Shown here piece after piece: positions 23,475 to 36,691 of a stretch of 64,000 nt of DNA; positions within the stretch are counted from its first letter, which is position 1, and the number at the start of each line of letters is the position of its first letter. A program made the translations under genes and the position numbers. Origin of the DNA: Hemiscyllium ocellatum (taxonomy: Eukaryota). The stretch is from positions 40,387,131 through 40,451,130 of the forward strand of contig NC_083416.1 of NCBI RefSeq assembly GCF_020745735.1, given 5' to 3'. The notes below the pieces were generated by a model. That model was not told where the DNA came from. It worked only from the letters and a program-made list of their open reading frames with translations, and searched no databases.

Positions 23475-24693
23475 GCATAAAAACAAAAGAAAAAGTATGC
23501 AATGCGGTGAAGATTACTGAGAAACCAAGGGATGAGGAATCCTTCATAAACCAGCATAGGACAACTAAGAAAACAATGAGGGGAGAAGATGAAAAATGAG
23601 TAGTGAGTAATATAAAAGAAGATTACAATTGCTTTTTCAGAAATTTAACAGGTAAGAGAGAGGCAACAGTAGACATTGGAACACTGGAAAATGAGGCTGA
23701 AAACATAGTAATGAGGAGCTAAGAAATGGCAGAGGAACTGAATAAATAGATACTTTGCATCAAACTTTCCATTCGAAGGCACCAGTAGCATATCAGAAAT
23801 TCGAAGGAGTCAGGGGAATAAGTGAGTGTCGTGGCCATCACTGAAGAGAAAATCCTGGGGAAATTGAAAGGTTTGAAAGTAGATAAATCATCCACACCAG
23901 ATGGACTACAACTGAGAGTTTTGAAGACGATAGCTGAGGAGATTGTGGAATCATGCATGGTGATCTTTCACTGGAGTCCCAGAAGGCTAATGACTAATTA
24001 ACACCACTGTATAAGAACAGAGGGAGACGTAACACAGGAAGCTATAGCCCGTCCTCAGTTATTCGTAAGATTTTAGAGTCCCTTATTAAGGATGAGATTG
24101 TGGAGTATTTGGAAGGATATTTTAAAATAGGGCTGAGGAGACACAGGTTCATTAATGAGTGATCATGCCTGACAAATCTGTTAGACTTCTTTGTGGAAGT
24201 AATAAGTAAGTTTGACATGGGAGGACCAATGGAAATGATTTATTTGGATTTCCAGAAGGCCTTTGACAAGGTGCCAGACAGGGTACTACCACATTAGATT
24301 CCAGCCCATAGTATTAGGGGCAAGATACTGGTATGGATAGAGGATTGGCCGACTGGCAGAAGGAAATGGTTAAGAGGTCTTTTTCAAGATAGCAGTGACT
24401 ACCAGAGTTCTGTAGGGGTGATTGTTGGGATCACAGTTGCTCATATTATATGTTAACACATGGATGAAAAAACTAAAAGCATTTTGGCTAAATTTGCAGT
24501 GGACACAAAAATAGATGATAATGATGAGGAAGTAATGATGAGGAAGTAGGAAGGCTGCAGAAGGACTTGGACAGACTAGGAGATTGGAGAAAGAAGTGAC
24601 AAATGGAATATATTATGGAAAAGGGTGAAGTTATGCACATTATGAGGTATAAACTATTTCTAAAGGGGCAAGACTTTGAAAATCTGGAGCGTA

Positions 24694-25512
24694 GGTACCC
24701 ATAGGGAGGGCCTCAACCTGGACTTTGGGTTCATGTCACATTACAGGTGATTACCATTGCACTACACACGCACACAGATATTCCTACACACACATACTCT
24801 CACATACACATGGACACAGGTACACACAGAAGCACACACAGACACCCACACACACCCTTATAGACACACACTCTCCCACACTCACACATGCACCCCCTCT
24901 CAGACTTAAGACACTCTGCACTCACTACACACACACACACACACACACTTTCTCACACTCACAACCCCACCCCAGACAGAGACACACACACAAAGACCCA
25001 CATGCACACATATATTTTGTGGGGTGAATTTGTACTTGCAGAGTTACATTATACTTTGCTCAAAAACTGCATGAATTTATGTAAAACTCTGTTATCTCAT
25101 TTTTTTGATTAGAATCAATCTAAATATCAGGTCATAGACAGAGAACACAGAGGGCCAACACCTTCAACATATTGTCTAGCTATCACCATTGTTAACAGCT
25201 AACCCGAGAATGCAACTTTTAAAAAAAAGGTTTTGTGGTTTACACATGAAAGCAGTGAAACTATCATGGTATTCTAACAGATGAAAGGCTTAACAGACAA
25301 TCAATTTTTCAATGTATAATTTCAGTTACATCACACTGTAAATTTTTTGCTATAAATTCTGTGTTACGATTGAGCCCTCCACAATCACCTGATGAAGGAG
25401 CGTTGCTCCGAAAGCTAGTGTGCTTCCAATTAAACCTGTTGGACTATAACCTGGTGTTGTGTGATTTTTAACTTTGTACACCCCAGTCCAACACCGGCAT
25501 CTCCAAATCATG
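24694..25512 (+). mobile_element. PLE 3' end (GIY-YIG terminus, CA-rich tract, pLTR with hammerhead)
   Basis: GTHREGLNLDFGFMSHYR* is followed by a degenerate (CA)n at 24760-25010 and a pLTR end shared with 4261-5092. Confidence 0.85.
25386..25420 (+). ncRNA. Minimal hammerhead ribozyme, intact core (AGCU type)
   Basis: CAC-CUGAUGA-A-GGAGC(GUU)GCUCC-GAAA-GC-UA-GUG. Confidence 0.8.
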
Positions 25513-25834
25513 ACTAGAATAGAAATGTACTGCTGAGGCTGTATAAGGCTTTGGTCAGACTGTATTTGGAATATTGTGAGCAGTTTTGAGCCCTATATCT
25601 AAGGGAGGCATGTGTTGGTGTTGGAGAGAGTGCACAAGAGTACTTCACAAGAGTGATCCTGGTGATGAGGGACTTGTCGTATGAGGAGAGATTAAGGACT
25701 GTGTGTCTGTACTTGATGGACTTTAGAAGGCTGAGGAGGATCTGATCGAAACTTACAGAATACTGAGAGACCTGGTTAAACTGTGGATAGAGAAGATGGT
25801 TCTACTAGTAGGAAAGTCTTGGGCCTGAAGGCAT

Positions 25835-26618
25835 GCAGCCAAGCCTTGGACTATCAACTTTCCATTGAAACTAGACAGCCTAGAACTGTCTGGCCAGGTG
25901 CTAATGGCCAGTTGTTTTCAGAACAAATAGTTGATTACACCTCCAGAGATCCTCCTGGAGGTGAATACTTCTGCAGACTTGGTGCGATAGCAACTAGCTC
26001 AGTAAAAAGCCAGAAGCATAGCGTGACAAAGACAGCACTTGGCAGCTGAAGGTTCAAAATGATATTCCGCAAACTCCAAATATGGAAATTACCCACGTCA
26101 TTGGATATACCTAAAGCGCTTATTAGACAAAAGCCATCAAATCTTTGAGAAAGGCATGAGGAAAGGAATAAAGGTAGCAATCTGGAACTCCTGCTTGCTC
26201 TGCTTATGGACCTGCTTCAATTGCATCTCCAGAAGCCCTGCAACTGGTCTTTTCATTCAAACAGTTTAAGGACAGTGATAGGAACCTGCAGATAGGATAT
26301 AGCTAATCTCTAGAAGTGCATGTCAGAAATGAATAACTAGTGCAAATTTGAGATTGTTTACTTAGAGATTTAAGACTGTTTACTGAACAATCTTGTGAAG
26401 AGATTGATAGCGTTTGATGGAGTTTATTTAAAGCAGAGTAGTAGAGTCTGTTAAACATTGTTTTTCATTGGTTAAGTGTTCAACAAAGTTATGTTGGACA
26501 TTCCCTAACTCTTGTCCCCTTTGTCTATCTCACTGCTTAGCATGCCTGAGATAAAAGGATTGTTAGAAATTTGTCAAGGTTAGTCGGGGTATATTAACCC
26601 ACCTTTCACTTCACAACA
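25835..26618 (+). mobile_element. Possible LTR relic
   Basis: Non-coding block ending ...CCACCTTTCACTTCACAACA, loosely resembling the end of 51600-52327. No TSD seen. Confidence 0.35.
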
Positions 26619-26619
26619 A

Positions 26620-28320
26620 TGTACTTAACTATTTGTCCCTTTTTTAAACTCCTCAGTTGTTCTCTTATGTCTTTACTCATCCATGGGACTCAAGAGTTTT
26701 TTAAAATTTTCCCTGCACTCTGTTGACGCAATTTTTAAATGTTTTGCATTGTTGTTCTACATCATTGTTTGCTAATATGGTTTCCTGTTTTATTTTCCTG
26801 ACTGGAATTCTCAAACTCTTATGAAAGGATTTTCTTAATATATTAACCTGGTTTTCATCATATCTATATCCAAAAGTATATCATATTATAGCCACTATTG
26901 CCTAGATATTCTTGTAATTTTACTGCACTTATTGGCTTTAGTTTGTTCACAAAGATGAGATCCAAAGGTGACTCTTGTTTTTATTTACACATTGGGATTA
27001 AAAAGGAATCTTGTTCTCATTGTAAAGATATATTTCCCTTTCCCTCTGACCAATACTGCTACTTTCCAACTGTGGGATAGTTGAAATCCCCCATGATTAT
27101 TACTTATTGTACTTATTCAGTTTCCTGATTCATCTGTTTATTTCTTTTTCCAACTCCCTTCCATTACAATATTAGACTTGACCTATTAGCATGTTTGATC
27201 CTTTATTATCTTTACGTTTTGTCCATATGGATTCTATTTTCGGGTTGCCACTAGACGAATCCTTTTATTTGTTTTTCCTAATGTGTACTGTCACTGTCAT
27301 GCTTTGTTTCACAGATATTAAGTCAGTATATGATTCAGAAACATGCTCAAGATATCATCATCATATCATGGCATGTGACCTGACAATATAAAAGTCTCAG
27401 TCTTCATTTTACTTGTACTACTTACAACATGGCCATGTGATGGAAACATGCTGTTTTTCATATCTGAATTGCTCAGTAGCTACCCAGATATTGTCTGGGT
27501 TGCAACATATATATGCTTGTGATACAACCGAGGCAATGTCTGGGCTAATACTGAGCAATTCTGATATGAACCGCAGCATATTTCCATCACATAAATATAT
27601 GCATAAGGAGCTGTAACAAACATCCATTTTTTTCAAAAACTATGATTCCCATATTGAGACATTATGCAACAGAACTTAACATTAGTATTCTGGATCAGTG
27701 GTGCTGTATTGCCTCATCAGTTACAAATTTTCTGTGGAAGGTAAAATTGAAATCTGCATCTACAGCAGATAGTGAGGGCAGATCAGATCTTTCACTCCAT
27801 CTACATCTATTCTCTATTTCTTCATTACAATTCTTAATTTCAAGTTCTGTTTTTTTCTGTATTTATGATTTAATTGTCCTATATTGTCTCCTTTATCTGC
27901 ATGATTGTCTACAGTTCCTCCTGTCTTATGGTTGTTCTACAGACCATAGCTCTAATATCCACTGAAGTAAGATTTTCACTTACTCTATGTTTAACTACCT
28001 TACTTTGACTCCTGCAACTTTATTTATTTCCTTACCATCAGCATTTTATGCTGATTTTATACTTCCAAATATGTTCCTTTCCTGATTAGTTTATAAAATA
28101 ATATGCTAAATCTACACAAGTCCTCCTTTCCAACACTTGCCCAAAGCTTTGAATGTTGTGAAACTTCAAGTACTCATCTTTAAGAGTGTGGGGTTATCGA
28201 CATCAATTACCCTATCAGGCAGTGCATTACAGACCCCTACCAACATCTGGGTGAAAAAGATTTCCCCAACTTCCCTCTAAACTGCCTGCCTTTCATCTTA
28301 CAAATGGGCTCCTCTGTGCA
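26620..28320 (-). mobile_element. Highly decayed CR1 fragments
   Basis: Antisense IIMGDFN APE motif at ~27080-27100, and a CR1 3' fragment (TQMLVGVCNALPD) at 28110-28320. Confidence 0.55.
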
Positions 28321-30271
28321 CAAAGGCAATTTAGATGCCTTTGCTTAAATAATTTAGAGTTTTTACTCTTTCCCTATTTCCCCTTTTAACTAGGACGTGG
28401 AAGTCATTTCATGATCAAAGTCTTCACCTATTTGCAGTGAAAAATATTGATGATCAAGAAAATGTTCAAGTTGTTTTGACATTCATTTGCACACTGCAAT
28501 TATATTTGAAAAAGGATTAAAATTGTTAGATTGTCATATGTTTAAGAATACTTCAAAACTTCCCAGCAAAAATGAAAAATTGTCCAGTTGGTCATCATCT
28601 GATTCTATAGCAATTTCTAAGAGGGTAAAATGCAACCAGAACAAATCACTGTTTTACAGAAGCTGGCTGTGTGGTAAAACTTCATTTTAACACCTTGATG
28701 AAAATCAATTGAGTATATTTCAGTTCCACCCTCTCAGTGCACATCCATGTAGGTCTAGACTATAAATGAACTGAAATGGTTTAACAGGTGAACATTCCCA
28801 TCCGGTACAGGCTCCAGCATAATGCAATGATATTCTTTCAGTTGTCAGTTAGACATATTGAATCAATATGTTTTTCGTCCCAAATTGCACTTGTAGATGG
28901 ATCAGTTCATTAAATGGTCAGAGTTAATCCATGGAGTATTATCTGTTCCAGTCACATAATGCCATTTAACTTAGTTTAGCGTTTACTTTATATTCCATAT
29001 CTTACATCTCTGTGTCAGTTAGAATTCAAAATTAAATAGTGAAATATTAACAATCGTAAGTTTACAGTTTTTTTTACTGCATCTAGTGGGAAAATAGGAA
29101 ATGTTTACTAACGATATTTTTATACATTTGTATATTCCAAACAACGTTTGTCTATCTCCATTGATCATTCCAGAAAATTGCAGACTTCTTCAAACTTTTC
29201 TTTAAAATCAATGTTTTATTCTTAAATGTATGAGTTCTGACAGAAAATGCATCTTATATTTTGTCAAGGGAATTTGGAACAACACACCCTCATTATTAGC
29301 ACAGGGATGACAACATGCCACTAACAAAGCATTTTTGGAACATACAATTTTGCAATCAATGTGTCCTTTTTAGCTGGTAATAAAAGAGCAGTAGTATCTT
29401 ATTACTTAAGCTTTATGGTGCTACAATTTTAGTGCATTTTCAATAGAAAAGTTACCATGCATGTAAAATCCAAATCAGTTTTTAAAACTTGAATGGAACT
29501 ATTAAACAAGCTAAATATGCACTATCCAATGGAATTTATCTTTTATCCAGTTAAAATGACATAAAATTCAGCCTATTTAGACTGAATTCATCTCCTAATT
29601 GGGTTGAATTTTATAAAGGACTTTGGGATTTTGATGTAAGGACCAATGGGGGTTCTAAGGCCTATACTTGTCAGTAATGGGACTGACTTAATAACTTTGC
29701 TGGAGACTGCCTCCTAATTGGCCACCTCTTGACCTACCATCCATAAGGACAGCAGGTGGGATGTAGTTGCTGCTGAGTCGACCAATCCAATCAATGGGTC
29801 GATGGCTCTTTGTTAGAAAAGAGCAATACATTTTAAATAAATGTGTATTTAATATTCAGCCTGCATTAGGAAGAAAGATAGTTCATTGCCATATGTTATG
29901 TTTTCCTGCTATTTGCTAAAGATTTCACTTCTCTAGAAACAAAGCTCATGGCATAATTATTCCCCTGTGATCCCAGCCTGAAACAGGACCAATGTCAGAT
30001 CTCCCCTCTGCATTAGGAAGAGAGCAACTAACAAGGTACGCGAAACAAATGGCCCTACTTCACAGTTGTGTATTTTTCTCAGTCAAAAGTGATTCATTAA
30101 GATGTTTGCTAAAATGTAAAAAAAATTAGTTAGCATTAAGAACAAGAAGTTATCTTCTTGAAACCTCTTGGCAGGATTTTATGCTCCTGGCTAATGGGTG
30201 TGAATGCAGGGCGGACTTATTAAACCCAATGGATGGCCTTCCTGCTGCCAATCTATTGATGTTTCTTATAT

Positions 30272-31150
30272 TGTGAAAATATACCTTCTTCATAAAAAAA
30301 TCTGTAAATACATAAATAAAATATTATTCTGCTCTATACAGTCTTAACAACAAAGAAAAAGAAACTCATTAGAATTTAACATCCCACCAAACAACCGTTC
30401 TGTTGAAAATAACAAGGACATGTTTACTCATGCAGGAAAATAATGTTTATATTTTGATGCAAAGAGGGAGTCTGGCAACTGAACAGACTCCAGTCATACT
30501 TTGTCAGAAAGATCTTAGACTATGGCATTTCCCCACTGTGCCATGGTGGCAGCTGGCCCGAGCTTTAATGCATTCCTCAGCAAGTAGCTGTGAACCTTGG
30601 AATGTGCCAGTCTGAAAAGCACAGTTGAGGCCAACTTTTTATACTGGAAAACCAACAGGTTTTGGAAATACCAGAGAGCATCTTTCACTGAGTTAATTGT
30701 TTTCCAGGCACAGTTAATGTTTGTCTCAGAATGCATCCGGGAAACACTGAGCGCTGAGTCCCACATCACGTAACTGCTTGGGAAGAACTTTGACTCAAAA
30801 CTATTGCATCTGTCTACAGACCTTCTTTGCTGAGGATCATTCTAGAAGGAGACTTGTGACAATTGGGTCCTCTCCCCCCGCCACAGCTGCTTCGAGGGGC
30901 AACATACAATGGCATAGAGAATCTGGACATACTTGAAGGATATCATATGAAATGCCTTTCTCATCACCAGACAAACTATGTCTGGTGCTTGTTGGAAAGG
31001 TTTGGTGATGAGGCATTCTGCCAAATGACTTTGAGAGTCTGGAGCCATTTGACAAGATTAACCCTCTTTTTTTCCTGCAGGATCTCAAGATCTCTTACTT
31101 GACCACTGCCTGATGCTTTGTTTCGTTTTGCAAATTTTTCCAGGAAGGAA
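30272..31150 (-). mobile_element. Tx1-clade LINE ORF2 C-terminus and 3' UTR
   Basis: KVIWQNASSPNLSNKHQ, a decayed CP...H...C zinc knuckle, and ETNINCAWKTINSVKDALW..NLLVFQ..RLAHSKV..ALKLG.AA..AQWG. Confidence 0.85.
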
Positions 31151-31169
31151 ATGTTGACAATGTATTGCG

Positions 31170-31460
31170 GCATATGAGCAGACCTCTCTGAAGAGTCACC
31201 AATAGCACTGAACATTCTAGTCATCAGCAACCAAGATCTTTTCTGATTTTATGATAGACCTAACAACATATCAGCTAAAGACGGTTAGGCCAAAGGCACT
31301 ACCCCAAGGAACACCTGCAACAATGTCCTAGGGCTGAAATGATTGGCTTCCAACAGCTCCAATCATCTTCCTTCTGTTTGGTTTGATTCCAAGAAGTGGA
31401 CAGTTTTCCTCAGCTTCCCATTTACTTCAATTTTGTGAAATTTTTTGATACTACATTAAC
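31170..31460 (-). mobile_element. LINE RT core fragment (second CR1/L2-group family)
   Basis: Antisense AGVP.GSA.G and VADD..MFSAI motifs. Confidence 0.7.
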
Positions 31461-32114
31461 AAGCTTTCCAGCCAGTCTTAACTGAAATTGGAACAGAGGC
31501 AAATGATGACAATTCTCCAATTTAGCTTTCCACCAGAGCTAGGATGTTTCTGGGGAGGATGCAACACATCCAAGAGAACAGCACGAGATAAGAGAAAGAC
31601 GATATAAGAGCTTGACTAAAAAAAGAGAAGTTATATTCAAAAGCTCAAGCAGTTAATGACAGGTGGATAACTTTAAAGCTGGGTTTCCACCCTTTGAGTT
31701 TCAAAAAAGAATTTGATCATATTGGGTACTTCAAATAAAGGAAGTAATTACTGGGCAAAAAGGCCAATCAATACAGTATAACTTCCAGGTCTACCTCTGA
31801 AAAATGACGCAATGTAAGAGAATTTCAGAGGTGCCATTGCAGTGGAGAGAAATTCCTAAGAGTAGATCAATGCCAACACATTGGAGTAATTTGAAAGTTT
31901 GTGAAAAGTGGACACACTACATATAAAAGAAAAACAGGAAAGAGAGAATGAAAGGTATGTCCATACATGCCAGCTATAACACTCAATCGGAACTTGTTAG
32001 TTATAAAGTTTGCATGATTTTGCTGTGAATCTTACGTCTTATATTCCAAAATAGCTTTATTAAACTCATATTGGTTGCAGTAAATCTAGATTAATTAAAT
32101 ATTGCTAGCATAAC

Positions 32115-32240
32115 ATGGTGGCGCAATGGTTAGCACTGCTGCCAGAGACCCGGGTTCAATTCCCACCTCAGGCGACTGACTGTGTGGAGTCTGCACATTC
32201 TCCCCGTGTCTGCGTGGGTTTCCTCCAGGTGCTCCAGTTT
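32115..32240 (+). mobile_element. HE1 SINE 5' fragment
   Basis: A-box TGGCGCAATGGTTAGC, B-box GGTTCAATTCCC and V-domain start. Confidence 0.85.
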
Positions 32241-32251
32241 CAATTTCAGGT

Positions 32252-32476
32252 TGAAATAACTCCACAGAGGTATCCTGTCACCAAGTCACCATTCATTTAC
32301 ATATAAACAGTCTTTTATCGTCCCATTCAGAGTCAGCCTTCAAAGTTTCAATATCTCTGACATTTCCGTACTTATCTGCCAGCCAGGGGCTCTCTGATTG
32401 GATCAGATTAACAGACCCAATCAGGGAACTCATATTCTATGATGTCCAATTAGCTGACGGCATTGCAATCACTACA
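32252..32476 (-). mobile_element. 225-bp solo LTR with perfect 4-bp TSD
   Basis: AGGT|TGAAATAAC...CACTACA|AGGT, with internal opposed CCAAT boxes (CTGATTGG..CCAATCAG). Strand is inferred. Confidence 0.8.
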
Positions 32477-32494
32477 AGGTAATAGGCCGAAGGA

Positions 32495-32760
32495 TTAGAT
32501 GTGAGGGGAGGAGAATGTTTTCCACCAGATGGTGGGGGTTCTGGAACTCACTACCTGTGAGGGTGGTAAACGCAGAAAACCCAGCACTTTCAAAAGGTAT
32601 TTTGAAATGCACATGAAATATTGTGGCCTAAAAGGGTGTGCAACAAAACCTGCAAAATGGAATTCAGCTGGATATATAATTTTCAGTTGGCGAATAGACA
32701 CAAACAAGATGCTGAATAGCTCCCTCCGTGCCAGACATTTCTATGATTTTATGAAATCCA
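32495..32760 (+). mobile_element. CR1 3' tail fragment
   Basis: VFHQMVGVLELT/WNSLP-like region and CTATGATTTTATGA tail. Confidence 0.75.
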
Positions 32761-33950
32761 GCCCAATTATTAATTTTAGAGCTCTGTGTTGAAAATGATT
32801 TATTGCATTGCTTCTTGTTTTTCTGATCCCAATGCATTTCAGTAATTTCTGCTAATTACATTTGGCTAGTTAATTGATTTATAGATTGAAGTCCTCCTTA
32901 ATTAAATTAAATGGAATATTTCTAACGTATTTTTCCATGGGATGACATCAATCTAAGATTTAACATTAGAAAATCAAAATCTTTCATGCAAAGCTTTCTT
33001 GAGTTTTGTTAAAAGTCCTATCTCTTGGTATACTTTGTCATTACTGAATGATAATCTACCAAACAGCAGTTAGCATGGATTCAAACTGGAAAGTACCTCT
33101 TGATGTATTTCCTTGAAATTCTGGAGGGAAGTAATGCCCCAAGTGACCAGAGAAATCCCTGAAATATTGAAGCATTTGATGAGCTTCAATGAACAAGTAA
33201 GATATTTAAGATTAAAGTGGGAATGAGCTGACAATTCAGGATAAAACCTAGGCCTAGATAATAAATTGCCTGACCTGTCAGAAGCAATGGGTGTGGGGAG
33301 AATAAAATTGACATGTGAGAACATACTGACAATAAAGAGCAAATATTGAATTTAGGAACAAGACCCCTAACTCCTGATGGAGGCTGCCCCACGGTCATAA
33401 TTGGCTGCGATTTCAACCCGCCATTCAGGAGGGAATCAGGCTTCAGAGAAATTGGGTTAGTTCTGACAGCAGGAACAGGACTGGAACCCAGAGGGTGGGG
33501 ATATGATGGAAAGGTCAGGTGAAGAAGGGCTACTGGGAAGGGTTGGGGGGGAGGGGGGCGCTCAGTAATGGAACTGTTTTGTTCACCTTTCCCAATCACA
33601 CTTCATACCATACACCTGAATTACACCCATAAAGTCACAGTTAGACCAAAGCAGCAAAAATGGATGCTAGTGTCTTTTATTAACCGACTCCCACCACCAA
33701 ATCTACTTGTGGGGATGGTAAAAGTTGTTCAGAGTTATTAACATACAATAGTAATTTAGAATCAGAACCTTGATTTAATTAAGAGACAATAAGGAGGAGT
33801 AGCTAAGATCATGTGGCAGCCACAAAGTGAATTAAAAAACAGATGTAAATGGGAACAACAGTGGCAGAAGAAATTGAATATGTTTAAACATAAAGCATTG
33901 CAGATAACAGATAAAAATGGGGAGCATGAATGATGTTGATGAAGTTTTTT

Positions 33951-34265
33951 TTAGATTAGATTAGACTTACAGTGTGGAAACAGGCCCTTCGGCCCAACAA
34001 GTCCACACCGACCCGCCGAAGTGAAACCCACCCATACCCCTACATTACCCCTTACCTAACACTACGGGCAATTTAGCATGGCCAATTCACCTGACCCGCA
34101 CATCTTTGGACTGTGGGAGGAAACCGGAGCACCCGGAGGAAACCCACGCAGACACGGGGAGAACGTGCAAACTCCACACAGTCAGTCGCCTGAGTCGGGA
34201 ATTGAACCCGGGTCTTCAGGCGCTGTGAGGCAGCAGTGCTAACCACTGTGCCACCGTGCCGCCCA
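33951..34265 (-). mobile_element. Young full-length HE1 SINE
   Basis: Intact A/B boxes, CpGs retained, (AATCT)3 tail. Confidence 0.95.
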
Positions 34266-34546
34266 CGTATTACTGTCTTTGAGATAGATGAGAAGATATT
34301 TGCTCTAGCACTGAACAGGCCAAATCAAGTTTTGGGAGCACATAGCAAAGTCTTTTTTTATCTTGATTCTCTCACTGGAGGTGGATGCTGCTAGCGAAAC
34401 AGTCCCTGATTGCCCTCAAATTGAATGGCTTGCTTGGCCATTTCAGAGGGCAGTTCACAACTGAACTGGCACTGTTTTACCTAATCATGCAGGATAGAAA
34501 GCACATTTGAAGGTAGAAAATAACCTCGCCCTGAGATTCATTTCTT

Positions 34547-34558
34547 TTATATATATAT

Positions 34559-34608
<50 letters not shown>
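34547..34608. repeat. Compound microsatellite (TA)n(TACA)n(CA)n
   Basis: Directly visible. Confidence 0.97.
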
Positions 34609-34611
<3 letters not shown>

Positions 34612-35569
34612 CCTTCACCACCCAATTTCCCAGCATTAAATGGATGATCAACTCTTCTCAGGCTTATTGCTAATGAATTTCTATTGGCTATTATTATGAT
34701 TGTATAAGTGATGCTTCTTGAATTTTAGTGCAACCTACAAGGAATAGCAGAAAGAATTCACCAATATATCTTCCTGCTTTTGTTGAAGTTATTTGGGGTA
34801 ATGAAAATGGCAGTAAAAACACCTTGGCCTTGATATAAAGACTGAAACACAGGAAATCAAGGCCATAGCAAAACGACATCATAACAGAACTCTCAAAACT
34901 TATCCATGGCTGATAAAGTGAAACTTATGCAAACTGAAGTAGTGGCAAGAGATTGACCCAGCTTGCTACTTCAGAGCATTCTCTTAAGTTTAAATGAATA
35001 AAAACCAGGTAATGTTGTGCATACTGGTGAATACTAACCCATACACATGTCAAATGTACCATAAGCAAGTAGCAACTACCTGGAAGATGGTGAATAAAGT
35101 ATTCATTACTCACAATGGCTGGGAAAATCTTATAATAAATATTAGTTATATGAATACTGACAGGAGGTCGCATTATGCTGCAATTGACAGTCTGCTTAAT
35201 TGGAGCCTGTACAGCCAGTTTAACATAGCCACTTTGCATGTAAATGAAGATGTGAGCTTACCTGAGTGGTATTACTATTTTCACCTTTCAATCAGTGGTT
35301 CACATGTTCAATTCCCACTCCACAGTTGAACACATTATACGTGCTGACACTTCAGCACGTATTATTGAGGGAGCATTCGATTAATTAAGGTGTAGGTGAA
35401 GAGTTGACTAAGCACGATACTACCAGAAATGCTGAAAAATTACATGGGCATCTAAATTTTGTTGATAAAATATAATAAATTGCCAACTGCTAGTTCTTTC
35501 TAACACCACAATAAAACAGAGCTAGTGGGGGCTCTTGTGGTGCAGTGATAGTATCTCATTTAGCATGCT

Positions 35570-36170
35570 GTCAGTGCAAGGACATTGAGTAAAATTTCAG
35601 GAAGAGTTAGAAAGATTTTTAATCAGTAATGGATTAATGGGTTTTTGGGGACCTGCCAGGAAAGTGCAGTTGAGGCCAAGGTGAGATCAGCCGAGATTGT
35701 ATTGAATGGTGGAGCAGTCTCCAGGGGCTGAATTGCCTACTCCTGCTCCTCGTGTTTTCTGTTCTTATTTTCTAATAATATTAGCTAAAGTTATGAAACT
35801 GCCTAGTTGGCAGCTGAAAGCAAATCTGAAGATACTGAATGAGCCGATGACTTGTTGAAAAAGTCGATGATCCTCTACAAAATGGAAACCCTCCAGGCAT
35901 CTGACCTCGTTCTGCTTACATAGCTTAGACATAAGTACTCTGCTTCTGTCTAACCTATCTAATGCAAATTGTCTATTCACATGGCTACGAACTAATCCCT
36001 TCATTATTTTAAATATCTGAATCAATTTTCCCCAAAGTCTATGTTCTTCTGAGCAACAAGGTTCAGGTCTCTAATTTTGAATAGTCACATCCACTTTACA
36101 CTCATAAGTTGGATGTAACTGATCCGAAAGACTATTCTCTTGTGATTTTCCAATGCAATGTCAGATTTTC
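35570..36170. mobile_element. Two CR1 3' fragments, tail to tail (+ 35570-35765, - 35770-36170)
   Basis: GGCTGAATTGCCTACTCCTGCTCCT tail on +; IQIFKIMKGL on -. Confidence 0.65.
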
Positions 36171-36691
36171 ACAAGAGTGTATTTAAGATTTAATATAAAC
36201 GGCTAATAAGCCACAGAGCCTCACTCAGCGATAATTTAATAATTTGATTTCTATGTAATACATTTTGTAATATATTTAAATTCCAATTCTATTAGCAATA
36301 CAGTGACTTTCTCTTATATTAATGGCAACTAAACTTTCATTATTTAAATCGTGTGACCACAGTCAGATCATTTCATAATGAATGACCTTGTTTGGGAAAA
36401 TGCACATGGAAGTTCATGATTATGATGAACAATTTATGTTTATGAAACCAATAAAGTGTTGAGCCATCTGTTCCATTATGTTAATTATAGCAGGATGCAA
36501 AGGATAAAATAAGGCCACATATGACAGATGTTTCTAGGGAATATACATGATGCATATATTAGTTCAACTCTCAAGTTCAGGTTAACTTGTTGTTGTGAGC
36601 AGAAGTTAAAGAGATGGTGAGCACAAATCCAAAAACCAGATAAAATGAACACAGCAGATGAGTAACATATGGGGTAACTGTTAATCTATTT

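Larger units (their letters stand above)
20370..25830 (+). mobile_element. Long decayed CR1 ORF2 (APE plus RT), interrupted at 21248, 21572 and 24694
   Basis: APE motifs LRVLYLN.RN, VGITET and IIMRDF; RT motifs YLDFQKAFDKV (~24240) and KFAVDTK (~24490); C-terminal DLIETYRIL. Confidence 0.9.

Noticed and set aside
24725-25112. His/Thr-rich ORFs
   Set aside because: Translation of the degenerate (CA)n tract in a PLE.
33951-34265. tRNA genes at SINE heads
   Set aside because: The A/B boxes run directly into the V-domain and LINE tail; these are SINEs, not tRNAs.
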